NCBI RefSeq assembly: GCF_002682985.1
Contig: NZ_MKGN01000001.1
Span: 1-14,880, forward strand
DNA length: 14,880 nt
Reading direction: 5' to 3'
Source of the DNA: Candidatus Tremblayella phenacoccinincola
GTDB taxonomy: Bacteria > Pseudomonadota > Gammaproteobacteria > Burkholderiales > Burkholderiaceae
Position numbers and translations under genes: made by a program. The notes under the pieces were generated by a model. That model saw nothing but the letters and a program-made list of their open reading frames with translations. It was not told the origin of the DNA and made no database searches. This document shows positions 1 through 8,971 of the stretch, in pieces (positions within the stretch are counted from its first letter, which is position 1; every line of letters starts with the position of its first letter).

Positions 1-307
1 ATATGATGTAGAGGAGCTAGCTGTTAGGAGTGTTAGGTGCGTTAGATCCACTATGGGGAGGTGGTTATGGTTGTCTAGTAGAAGCTGTTCCCCTTTATGG
101 ATATCTTATGTCTAACTACTTCTAACTTGGTTCTACTAATGCATTAATATATGTAGCTTAGGTTAGTCATAAGCAGATACCCCAGTCAAGACCAACACAT
201 CATAACACAGAGGCAAAAGAGACTTCAGGATACTTCAGATGTTCTTATTGGTTAGGTTCGGACAACCATCAGGCTCTTTCCCCCCCTCTTTCTGTTAGCA
301 CATATTA

Positions 308-490
308 TTAGGACTTCTTGATATGCTTCCTTGCTGCTGTTACCTTCTTTCTTTTCCGTTCAGAGGTTGGCTTTTCATAATATAACCTAGAACGTACTTC
401 ACTTAGTAAGCCGCTACGCTCAACCATCCTCTTGAACCGACGTATGGCTATTTCAAATGGTTCGACATCCTTTATAATAACAATACTCAT
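308..490 (-). CDS. rpsU: 30S ribosomal protein S21
   Basis: 60-aa ORF that aligns end to end with bacterial S21. Here: EPFEIAIRRFKRMVERSGLLSEVRSRLYYEKPTSERKRKKVTA. E. coli RpsU as I recall it: [43 protein letters not shown]. AGGAG lies 6 nt upstream of the ATG on the minus strand. Confidence 0.9.
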   Translation of the reverse strand: MSIVIIKDVEPFEIAIRRFKRMVERSGLLSEVRSRLYYEKPTSERKRKKVTAARKHIKKS

Positions 491-496
491 ATAGAG

Positions 497-501
497 CTCC
501 T
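497..501 (-). promoter_or_regulatory. Shine-Dalgarno (AGGAG) of rpsU
   Basis: Plus-strand ctcct at 497-501 reads AGGAG on the minus strand, 6 nt from the rpsU ATG (490-488). It is the only clear SD I found upstream of any CDS in the window. Confidence 0.5.
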
Positions 502-724
502 AGTGATATACGGGAAGTCCTCCCACATGTCTCATGTTGATGTCTTTAGTTATAAACAGCTATTGGTTAAGCAGGTATTCTTGGTAAGATGAAGCTGGTG
601 TTCCTTGGAGTATATGATAGAGATATATGAACACTCTATAAAGAACCATTAACAGCTCCCGAACCGACCTAGTCATTAGAACAATAAACATAGCTCCTCC
701 CAAGCATGCCTAACACCAATCTAT

Positions 725-2110
725 ATGTTCTCAACGGCCTTGTACGATAAACTATGGAATGCGCATATCATTAAAACACAGAGTAGTGGCGTATCCTTGT
801 TATATGTAGATCTCCACCTTATTCACGAAGTAACCTCTCCACATGCATTTGAAGCTGTTACACAATATGTGCATAATCCTAAAACCACCCTAGCCATTCC
901 AGACCACAATATCACAACCAACCCAGAGAGAAACAAGTCTACTGCCTTCGGGTCTCAAATAGATCTTTTAAGAACAAACAGCAAGAACCATAGTATATGC
1001 TTTCTAGCAGGACATGATGAAAAGCAAGGAATAGTCCATGTTGCAGGACCAGAGTTAGGTATAACAATTCCAGGTTCAAGCATTGTATGTGGAGATTCTC
1101 ATACTTCAACACATGGCTCCTTTACTACTCTGGCTCAAGGCATAGGTTCTTCTGAAGTTGGAACTACTTTAACGACACAGACGCTTCTACAAAGGAAGAA
1201 CCGAAATATGGAAGTTAGCATAGCAGGTAATCTGCATGATGGATGTGTAGCTAAAGATATAGCATTAGCTATAGTTAATACAATAGGAACAGCTGGTGGA
1301 TCAAGCTACTCTATAGAATTCAAAGGAGGCTCTTCCCAAAGAATGTACGTAAACTTCAGAACAACTCTGTGTAATATGTCTATAGAAGCAGGCGCAAAGA
1401 TTAGCATGCTAGCAGCTGACAACATACTTCTTAACTACCTAGCCAACCGAACGATATACACACATACTTTAAGAGATAACACCTGGAAGAAACTAAAAAC
1501 AACTCTTAGTACATCGTTTAATAAATGCGTCTCAATAAAAGTAAACTCAATAGCACCTCAAGTCACTTGGGGAACATCTCCTGAAATGGTTTCTTCTGTT
1601 GATGATAGAATCCCAGATCCTGCTGTTGAAAACAACCCTGACAAAAGGAAAACTATGGAGTCTGCTCTTAACTACATGCTTTTAGAACCAGGAACTCCTA
1701 TTAACACAATAAGCCTAGACTACGTATTCATTGGGTCCTGTACTAATAGTCGGATAGAAGACTTAAGAAGCGCAGCATACGTTGTTAGAAAGATGAACAA
1801 ACCCGTTGCTAAAGGTGTTAGGAAAGCAATTGTTGTTCCAGGTTCTGGGTCTGTAAAGAAACAAGCAACTTCAGAGGGTCTTGATAAGATATTCAAGAAG
1901 GCTGGGTTCGAATGGCGAGCACCTGGCTGTTCTATGTGTATCGCAATGAACTCTGACAAGCTATATCCAGAAGAGAGATGTGCGTCTACTTCTAACAGAA
2001 ACTTTGAAGGAAGACAGGGGAAGCTTAGCAGAACACACTTAGTAAACCCAATGATGGCAGCTTTGGCGGCTATTAGTGGTAAGTTCCAAGATGTTAGAAG
2101 AGTGCTTTAA
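725..2110 (+). CDS. leuC: 3-isopropylmalate dehydratase large subunit
   Basis: 461 aa, colinear with E. coli LeuC. Motifs: HLIHEVTSP, GIVHVAGPE, IVCGDSHT, FIGSCTNSRIEDL, PGCSMCIAMN, ASTSNRNFEGRQG. The three Fe-S ligand cysteines are retained. Confidence 0.95.
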   Translation: MFSTALYDKLWNAHIIKTQSSGVSLLYVDLHLIHEVTSPHAFEAVTQYVHNPKTTLAIPDHNITTNPERNKSTAFGSQIDLLRTNSKNHSICFLAGHDEKQGIVHVAGPELGITIPGSSIVCGDSHTSTHGSFTTLAQGIGSSEVGTTLTTQTLLQRKNRNMEVSIAGNLHDGCVAKDIALAIVNTIGTAGGSSYSIEFKGGSSQRMYVNFRTTLCNMSIEAGAKISMLAADNILLNYLANRTIYTHTLRDNTWKKLKTTLSTSFNKCVSIKVNSIAPQVTWGTSPEMVSSVDDRIPDPAVENNPDKRKTMESALNYMLLEPGTPINTISLDYVFIGSCTNSRIEDLRSAAYVVRKMNKPVAKGVRKAIVVPGSGSVKKQATSEGLDKIFKKAGFEWRAPGCSMCIAMNSDKLYPEERCASTSNRNFEGRQGKLSRTHLVNPMMAALAAISGKFQDVRRVL

Positions 2111-2697
2111 TGGATAAATCGATACTACACAGAGGAGTTATTATCAATATCGAAAAGGATAACATAAACACTGACGTCATTATTCCAAAGCAGTTCTTAA
2201 AAGAAACATCCAAACGCAGGCTCGGAAGCTACCTATTCAGCGAATGGCGAGAGCCTACATACCAATTCAATAGTGAACCATTCCCATTAGTATTAAGAAC
2301 AAGCAACAAAGTATCTGTCCTGCTAGTTAGGAAGAACTTTGGATGTGGTAGTTCAAGAGAACATGCTCCTTGGTCTATTAAACAATATGGGTTAAACATC
2401 CTCATTGGTCTTAGCTTTGCTGACATATTCTACGTTAATGCTATTAAGAACGGGATATTGCCTTTAACTCTAAAAGAACCCGATGTGACATATATAGCTC
2501 AGCTCTTAGTAAAAGTATCTAGGCTTCAGATTACGGTGAACTTAATGGACAGAAAGGTAGTCTCGAGCACATATAAAGACTGGTCGTTTTGTGTTCCTTC
2601 CTTTTATCGATTAGCATTATTGAGAGGAATGTCAGAAGCTGAGTTAGTTCTTAAACATATCAAGGATATCATAAGTTTTGATAGAAGCAATGAGTGA
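2110..2697 (+). CDS. leuD: 3-isopropylmalate dehydratase small subunit
   Basis: 195 aa. LeuD motifs: DVIIPKQFL, NFGCGSSREHAPW, SFADIFY. The ATG overlaps the leuC stop by 1 nt (TAATG at 2108-2112). Confidence 0.93.
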   Translation: MDKSILHRGVIINIEKDNINTDVIIPKQFLKETSKRRLGSYLFSEWREPTYQFNSEPFPLVLRTSNKVSVLLVRKNFGCGSSREHAPWSIKQYGLNILIGLSFADIFYVNAIKNGILPLTLKEPDVTYIAQLLVKVSRLQITVNLMDRKVVSSTYKDWSFCVPSFYRLALLRGMSEAELVLKHIKDIISFDRSNE

Positions 2698-2769
2698 CCC
2701 GAACATCTTAATTATGGTTTATAATATAGAATATTAACGAAAGCTCTATGCTGGTCAATCCTCATATAT

Positions 2770-3841
2770 ATGAATGTTATAGTATTACCCAGGTGATGGT
2801 ATAGGACCTGAAGTTATTAAGGAATCAGTCAAGGTATTGAACGCACTAACCATACGCCAAATAACCATTAAGGAATCTCTTATTGGTAGAACAGCATTTG
2901 AATCCACTGGAAGCTTTTTGCCTGTCTCAACAGTAAACATGGTTAAGGCAAGTGATGCAGTTTTACTTGGGTCAGTAGGTGCTAACAGGACTACTGACAT
3001 TACATACTACCCTGGTCCTGAAACAGCTCTTTTAAAACTAAGAAAGCTAATGAGTTCTTCCATAAACCTCAGACCAATCAAACACTATGACTCCATTAAC
3101 ACCAGCTTTCCAAATGATAACCTGAAAGGCACTGACATATTGGTTCTGAGGGAGCTAACCAGTGGAATTTACTTTGGTAAGCCAAAGATCGTAAGAAAGA
3201 CATATGCTCAGACCAAAGCAACATCTCTAGAAGGGGTTGATACAATGAAGTACTCTGAGTCAGAAGTTAGAAGTATAGCACACGTTGCTTTTAAATCCGC
3301 TAGGAACCGTAAGAAGAAGATCCTATCAGTGGACAAAGCAAATGTTTTAGAATCATCCAAAGTCTGGAGGAGTATGGTTTTAGAAGTATCCAAAAGCTAT
3401 AATGATGTTAGGTTATGGAACAACTACATTGATAGTGCGGTAATAGAAATACTAGCGAACCCAAGAGAATTCGATGTAGTTCTTTCTGGAAACCTTTTTG
3501 GAGATATCCTTTCTGACCAGCTTTCAATAGTCTCTGGTTCTTTAGGAATGTTGCCTTCTGCGTCCTTGGGTTTTAATGGGAAAGGCCTGTATGAGCCTGT
3601 ACATGGTTCAGCTCCATCTTTAACACACAAGAACTTGGCTAACCCAATAGCTGCTATTCTTTCGTTAGCGATGCTGTTAAGATATTCGTTCCATCTAAAC
3701 AAACAGGCATCTATGATTGACAATGCAGTAGTAAGCGTTCTAAAAAGGAACTATAAAACATCAGATATCTCCAACGGTAAAAGATATGTTAGTACGTCTG
3801 AAATGGGAGACTTGATCGCTTCATTAATTAGAACAATATAA
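2770..3841 (+). CDS. leuB: 3-isopropylmalate dehydrogenase, 5' end interrupted by a +1 frameshift at 2788-2796
   Basis: The body (2792-3841) is colinear with E. coli LeuB: LRPIK, LRELTSGIYFG, SVDKANVL, NLFGDILSD, GMLPSASL, LYEPVHGSAP, ANPIAAILS. The conserved N-terminus is split across two frames. ATG2770 gives MNVIVLP and then hits AGG-TGA. The next frame continues GDGIGPEV. The only uninterrupted ORF starts at TTG2837 and lacks the GDGIGPEV loop. Confidence 0.85.
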
Positions 3842-3850
3842 TACCTAAGA

Positions 3851-4939
3851 ATGTTTGGAAGAGGCTGTATTGGGTTTGTAGGTTGGAGAGGCTTGGTGGG
3901 TTCTGTATTTATCAAACAATCACAGGTTGCTGCTAACATTAACAACGAATCCACTAAATACCTATTTCTTAGCAGCACATACAGAAGGTTGGTTAAGTTC
4001 TTAATAGGTGTCTACAACGTAAAGAAGACTAACGACGTTAAAGCTCTATTAAAATGCAAAGCTATTGTTTCAATGCAAGGTAGTGACTACACTGATATTA
4101 CGCTTTCTAACCTAAGAAACCTGAACTGGACTGGCTATTGGATTGACGCAGCTTCTTCTCTTAGGAGACAGCTTAATGTGTGTGTAGTGTTGGACCCCGT
4201 AAACTCTAGAACCATCAAAAGCTCCATAGAAAGCGGTAAAAAGAGTTTCGTTGGTGGGAACTGTACCGTTAGTTTAATGCTAATGGTGTTACATAGGTTA
4301 ATCAGGAGAAGTAATATGAAATGGATGTTCGTTACAACCTTTCAATCTGTATCAGGAGCTGGTTCCAACTACGTAAAGGGTTTGCTGTTACAGATGGCTT
4401 TCTTGAGTAGAGCTAGGTTTAGGGATGTGCTAAACTCAAGCATTCAGGTTAGGATAGGTGATCCAAGCGTAAGTGAGTCCGTTGTTGGGTCAATTGTGCC
4501 TTGGATAGATGAAGAGACGAATAAGCTAGGAACGTCAAAGGAAGAACAAAAGGGCTTTATTGAAACTAATAGAATATTAGGACTACCAATGATACCGAAC
4601 GTTGGTGGTGTGTGTATAAGGGTTGGGGTGTTAAGATGTCATTCACAAAGCTTTTTAATTAAGGTTGAGAAAAGCATGTGTTTTGGATGTGCTGCTGACA
4701 TAATTCAATCAACCAGCAGATGGGTTAAACTATTACCAAATATAAAAGCATACTCAAGGCAGTTATTAACACCTGAACATATAGCTGGTTCTTTGGTGGT
4801 TGCTATTGGTAGACTAAAGAAGCTACCATTCAATAGTGGACTCCTATCAATGTTTACAGTAGGAGATCAGTTACTATGGGGAGCTGTTGAACCTATAAAG
4901 CGAACACTTAAACTCTTTTGTAATATGGTCTCGAACTAG
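3851..4939 (+). CDS. asd: aspartate-semialdehyde dehydrogenase
   Basis: 362 aa, colinear with E. coli Asd. Motifs: GFVGWRGLVGSV (NADP fold), YWIDAASSLR, GGNCTVSLML (catalytic Cys), LRCHSQ (catalytic His), TVGDQLLWGA. Confidence 0.92.
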   Translation: MFGRGCIGFVGWRGLVGSVFIKQSQVAANINNESTKYLFLSSTYRRLVKFLIGVYNVKKTNDVKALLKCKAIVSMQGSDYTDITLSNLRNLNWTGYWIDAASSLRRQLNVCVVLDPVNSRTIKSSIESGKKSFVGGNCTVSLMLMVLHRLIRRSNMKWMFVTTFQSVSGAGSNYVKGLLLQMAFLSRARFRDVLNSSIQVRIGDPSVSESVVGSIVPWIDEETNKLGTSKEEQKGFIETNRILGLPMIPNVGGVCIRVGVLRCHSQSFLIKVEKSMCFGCAADIIQSTSRWVKLLPNIKAYSRQLLTPEHIAGSLVVAIGRLKKLPFNSGLLSMFTVGDQLLWGAVEPIKRTLKLFCNMVSN

Positions 4940-5073
4940 CTGTTAAAGATCTTTCAATATACAGTCTACAATCATCTCAAAGACAAGGCTTCTAATCAGT
5001 AGCATAGCTCTTTGAATGTGGGTTCCTTATTGGAGGAGCTCCCTTACAATCCCTTAACAAGAACATAGCTACT

Positions 5074-8000
5074 ATGTATAAAAGCACACAAAGGTATGTT
5101 CATTTAAGAATGCACTCAGAGTACTCGGTATTAGATGGTACTATCAGACTAAATGAAGCGTTAGAATGTGCAAAAGCAAACAAACAAGGGGCTTTAGCAT
5201 TAACTGATCTCAATAACCTGTTTGGAGTAGTGAAGTTTTATAAGTTATCAAGAATACAAGGCATTAAACCAATAGTCGGATGTAATATATCAGTTAAACA
5301 TGGTAGCTCTGAAAGCAAGAACAAAAGTAATATCATTTTGCTAGCCACTAACGTACAAGGCTACCGTAACCTATGTAAGATAGTTTCTATGGCTTGGGTG
5401 AACCATAGTATCAACAGCTATTCATTCCTTGATGAACCTAACATAGTTCAAAGAGAGCCCAGTTCAATAGCTATAGAAAGAACCTGTTTGAAAGGAGATC
5501 TAACAAGAGGTCTTATAGCCTTATCAGGAGCTATATATGGAAACATAGGACAGGCCATAATGGACGGAGATAAACACAATGCAAGAACCCTGTTGAATGG
5601 ATGGCTATCTGACTTCTCTGGTAACTTTTATGTTGAGATACAGCGTAGCGGCCAACAAAGCGAGGAACGCTATATAGATGGGGCAGTAGAGTTAGCTTCT
5701 ATATATAGAATTCCAGTAGTAGCAACACATCCAATTCAGTTCCTCAAACCAACAGACTTTCAAATGCATGAAGTCAGGGCTTGTATAGCTGAGAACAAGA
5801 TTCTACTTAATAGACAAAAAGCCAAGAAATATACATATGAACAATACTTCAAATCCAAAAGAGAGATGTGTAGTCTATTTAAAGACATTCCTTCAGCATT
5901 AGAAAACACTGTACATATAGCTAAAAGATGTAACTTAAGCTTGAACCTAGGAGATATTAAACTACCTGTCTTCCCAAAACCTAAGGGCATTCCAATTAAA
6001 AAGCTTTTCGTAGCTTCAGTAGTTATTGGTTTAAAATGCAAGATCCAAAAGAAGCGGATAAGAATTAAAAGCACCTCTTTCGTTCATTATCTTAACAGAA
6101 TAGTGTTTGAGTTCGAAGTAATACTTAGAATGGGGTTCTTAGGATATTTCCTGATAGTATCAGACTTTGTATGTTGGGCTAAGAACAATGGAGTTCCAGT
6201 AGGACCGGGTAGAGGCTCTGGTTCAGGTTCTCTAATAGCATTCATTTTAAGCATTACCGATGTTAACCCAATTCAGTACGGTCTGTTGTTCGAAAGGTTC
6301 TTAAATCCAGAACGTATAGCAATGCCAGATCTCGATATAGACTTCTGTCAAGCTGGTAGGAACAGAGTCATAAGCTATGTAATGGAACTGTATGGAAGTA
6401 GGCTGGTATCTCAAATCACAACGTTCGGAACATTTGCGACAAGAGCCGCAATTCGAGACATAGGAAGAACATTAGGCATACATCATACCATAACAGACAA
6501 CATTGCAAAGCTCATTCCACAACCTACTGAACAACAACAAAAGCTTAACTACAACGTACTAAAGCTTGAAACCATCGTATTGAATCCTGATAGACCCGAA
6601 GAAGCCTCTCGTTCTTTGGTAGGCAGTAGTGTTAGACGCTTGATTAGCTTAGCAGTTAGGATGGATGGATTAGCTAGAAACGTTGCTGTTCATGCCGGGG
6701 GAGTATTAATTGCACCTGTATCTATTTCGATGTTCTGTCCTTTGTATTCACAAGAAGGCGACTGTGCTATGTTGGTAAGTCAGTTTGATAAAGATGACGC
6801 AGAAACAGTAGGTTTAGTAAAGTTCGACTTTCTTGGACTTACAACCTTAACAGCTCTTAATAATACTGCAAAACATATTAAAGCCCTCCATAAGCTGAAA
6901 GCTTGGTCATTGGAGGACATATGTATGGAAGACATTGGTTCATATAAGATCTTGCAAAAAGCAGATACCATAGCCATATTCCAGTTTGAAAGCTCAGGCA
7001 TGAAAAGGATTCTAAGAACAGCTAAACCAGATTGCTTTGAGGATATTATAGCATTAATAGCTTTGTTCAGACCAGGTCCTATGCATTTAATGTTTAGCTA
7101 TTGTAAAAGAAAACATGGCATGGAAAGCTCACATTACTTAAACAGACGTCTGGTACCTATATTAAAAGAAACCTATGGCATAATAATATATCAGGAACAG
7201 GTCATGCAGATCGCTAGGGTTATTGGTAGATACACTCTTGCAAAAGCTGATCTTCTCAGAAGGGCGATAAGTAAAAAGCAACCGCTCGCAATGGAACACC
7301 ACAGACTGAACTTCCAAAAAGGAGCCAGAAGTATTGGGTTAACCAACGCTGAGTCTAAAGTAATATTCGAACTAATGGAGAAGTTTGCTTGCTACGGTTT
7401 TAACAAGTCACACGCAACAGCTTACGCTATATTAGTCATTCAAACAGCCTGGTTAAAAGCTCACTATCCAGCTGAGTTTATAGCTTCAAACTTAAGCTTA
7501 TCAATGCACGAGGTTAACAGGACTATAAAATTGTATAAAGACTCCTCAAATAGAAACATAATGCTCCTAAAACCAGATGTTAACAAGTCTTTTTATCAGT
7601 TTAAACCAATTGAGAATGTTCCCATAAAGGCTTGTCTCAAGATAGATTCTATCCATAAGACTAAACCTAAAGCTATACAGTACGGTCTGGGAGCGATCAA
7701 AGACACCGGAAAGCTCGCTGTTCAAGAACTCATAAAGGCTAGAGAAGCCAAACCCTTTACAAGCCTTCTTGACTTCTGCCTTAGAACTAATCGAAGAACT
7801 CTAAGCAAGAAAACCATTGAGCTTTTAATAAGAGCTGGAGCTTTCGATAGTTCTTGTTGTTCAATAAGGAGATGTGTTCTAATAAGGCTGTTAGTAGCGA
7901 CTATAAGGTATTCAGAAAGAATAAAAGCATCCGTAGACATCAGTGGGTTATATCCAAACAGCGGTTCCTTTGAGATTAGTCTAGACAGAGCAATGAGAAA

Positions 8001-8637
8001 GATAAGACCAATATGGAGTGAAAGAAGGATCTTATTTGAGGAAAAGAAAGCATTAGGTCTTTATCAGACTGGACATCCATTTAAGCTCTTCAAAAGAGAT
8101 ATTAGGAAGCTTGTTCCAAATAGCATAAGTTATTATAGGACTGGTTCTATAGGTAGTCATGTTTTCTTATGTGGCGTAGTTACCAGCTATTTCCATAAGC
8201 TAATTAACAACAAACTCGTAGCTGTTATTCTTTTAGAAGACGACGAAGAACAGTGTAGTGTTTACCTCAACACCTCAATATTACCGAACGATGTTAAACT
8301 AGACAAGCTTATAATAGTAAGAGGTCACTTACTCGTTCCAAAAGACTACGATAGAATAAACATAACAGCTGTCAGAACATATAGTTTAACGTCCGAATGT
8401 CTTAAACAATGTAGGTTTGTGACAACTGTTTGTAACATCGAATCAACCATTGCAAAGGCTTCTAGCTTCTTTATAAAGACCACATACAGTTCAGGCAAGA
8501 GTATATTTATTCAAATAGCCCACAAGCTTAAAACTATTGTAGTCTTAGAACATAGTCTAGGTTTATATTGTGAATCTACATTAAGAGCTCTTAATAAGGT
8601 TCTTAATGGGTGTCTAAAGATCAAATATATATACTAA
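5074..8637 (+). CDS. dnaE: DNA polymerase III alpha subunit
   Basis: 1187 aa. PHP N-terminus HLRMHSEYSVLDG. Motifs: GVPVGPGRGSGSGSL, FERFLNPERIAMPDLDIDF (catalytic Asp pair), FDKDD, LVKFDFLGL, FRPGP, IIYQEQVMQIA, GFNKSHATAYA, AHYPAEF. Confidence 0.95.
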   Translation: MYKSTQRYVHLRMHSEYSVLDGTIRLNEALECAKANKQGALALTDLNNLFGVVKFYKLSRIQGIKPIVGCNISVKHGSSESKNKSNIILLATNVQGYRNLCKIVSMAWVNHSINSYSFLDEPNIVQREPSSIAIERTCLKGDLTRGLIALSGAIYGNIGQAIMDGDKHNARTLLNGWLSDFSGNFYVEIQRSGQQSEERYIDGAVELASIYRIPVVATHPIQFLKPTDFQMHEVRACIAENKILLNRQKAKKYTYEQYFKSKREMCSLFKDIPSALENTVHIAKRCNLSLNLGDIKLPVFPKPKGIPIKKLFVASVVIGLKCKIQKKRIRIKSTSFVHYLNRIVFEFEVILRMGFLGYFLIVSDFVCWAKNNGVPVGPGRGSGSGSLIAFILSITDVNPIQYGLLFERFLNPERIAMPDLDIDFCQAGRNRVISYVMELYGSRLVSQITTFGTFATRAAIRDIGRTLGIHHTITDNIAKLIPQPTEQQQKLNYNVLKLETIVLNPDRPEEASRSLVGSSVRRLISLAVRMDGLARNVAVHAGGVLIAPVSISMFCPLYSQEGDCAMLVSQFDKDDAETVGLVKFDFLGLTTLTALNNTAKHIKALHKLKAWSLEDICMEDIGSYKILQKADTIAIFQFESSGMKRILRTAKPDCFEDIIALIALFRPGPMHLMFSYCKRKHGMESSHYLNRRLVPILKETYGIIIYQEQVMQIARVIGRYTLAKADLLRRAISKKQPLAMEHHRLNFQKGARSIGLTNAESKVIFELMEKFACYGFNKSHATAYAILVIQTAWLKAHYPAEFIASNLSLSMHEVNRTIKLYKDSSNRNIMLLKPDVNKSFYQFKPIENVPIKACLKIDSIHKTKPKAIQYGLGAIKDTGKLAVQELIKAREAKPFTSLLDFCLRTNRRTLSKKTIELLIRAGAFDSSCCSIRRCVLIRLLVATIRYSERIKASVDISGLYPNSGSFEISLDRAMRKIRPIWSERRILFEEKKALGLYQTGHPFKLFKRDIRKLVPNSISYYRTGSIGSHVFLCGVVTSYFHKLINNKLVAVILLEDDEEQCSVYLNTSILPNDVKLDKLIIVRGHLLVPKDYDRINITAVRTYSLTSECLKQCRFVTTVCNIESTIAKASSFFIKTTYSSGKSIFIQIAHKLKTIVVLEHSLGLYCESTLRALNKVLNGCLKIKYIY

Positions 8638-8971
8638 AAGCCTGTTGTTTTAAACACAGCTCGTTGTTGAATAAAGAGCCCAAAGTATAAAAACACCTTA
8701 CATCAGCTTTCATAATATGTACTAATATAGAACTACAACATACTACGTGCCACTGACTACTGCTTTGTGTTACGAATGTTGAAGAGCCATACAGATCTTT
8801 GAATAGTCCATGTAGTTCCTTAGCAATTCCTCTAATGTGAACACTAGAAACGCCTTCAGTCACTATTGTATACGTATGGCTCACTTTAAAGTCCGTGTAT
8901 ATCTTGGTGTTTACAGCTTTTAGTTTGTATGCTGTGTATACGGCTTTTAATATAAGACCTACATCACACAT
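8621..8971 (-). CDS. rsfS: ribosomal silencing factor RsfS (YbeB/iojap family), with a C-terminal extension
   Basis: 116 aa. Aligns with E. coli RsfS as I recall it. TEGVSSVHIRGIAKEL matches CTGTSSRHVMSIADHV. QWHVVCCSSILVHIMKADVRCFYTLGSLF matches [29 protein letters not shown]. About 13 extra residues follow the family's usual end. GC content is like the left-hand block. Confidence 0.65.
   Translation of the reverse strand: MCDVGLILKAVYTAYKLKAVNTKIYTDFKVSHTYTIVTEGVSSVHIRGIAKELHGLFKDLYGSSTFVTQSSSQWHVVCCSSILVHIMKADVRCFYTLGSLFNNELCLKQQAFSIYI

Noticed and set aside
527-592. A possible leu-type leader peptide or attenuator upstream of leuC: small ORF MSHVDVFSYKQLLVKQVFLVR in the rpsU-leuC spacer.
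   Set aside because: It has only three scattered Leu codons with no run of consecutive Leu. There is no SD and I could find no alternative terminator/antiterminator stems. In Enterobacteria the leader precedes leuA, which is absent here.
4946-4955. The perfect palindrome AAAGATCTTT just after the asd stop, considered as a terminator.
   Set aside because: It has no loop, is AT-rich, has no following T-run, and the stem is too weak for a rho-independent terminator.
4958-4971. Recurring cAGTCTA(C/T)A words in spacers. ATATACAGTCTACA occurs at 4958, ATATACAGacagTCTACA at ~9002, tagtctatat at 14291 and cagtctatat at ~14742.
   Set aside because: The core agtcta also occurs repeatedly inside coding regions (for example ~945, ~5873 and ~8557). 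The matches are short and I cannot compute significance. Treat this as chance unless a genome-wide motif search says otherwise.
5032-5043. GGAGGAGCTCCC, containing the 8-bp palindrome GGAGCTCC, with related agctcctcc at ~693 and gaggagcta at ~11. I considered these as a shared regulatory motif or as the SD of dnaE.
   Set aside because: It lies 31 nt upstream of the dnaE ATG, too far for an SD. The copies share only about 8-9 nt in mixed orientations, which is within chance expectation for ~1.3 kb of spacer.
1720-8000. Minus-strand ORFs from the track that lie inside leuC, leuD, leuB, asd and dnaE: 1720-1959, 2229-2426, 2785-3000, 3208-3393, 3424-3723, 3751-3978, 5760-6074, 6780-7001 and 7722-7940.
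   Set aside because: All lie antisense within strongly conserved, full-length genes. Their translations have no recognisable family motifs and show low-complexity or odd composition. They are typical shadow ORFs.
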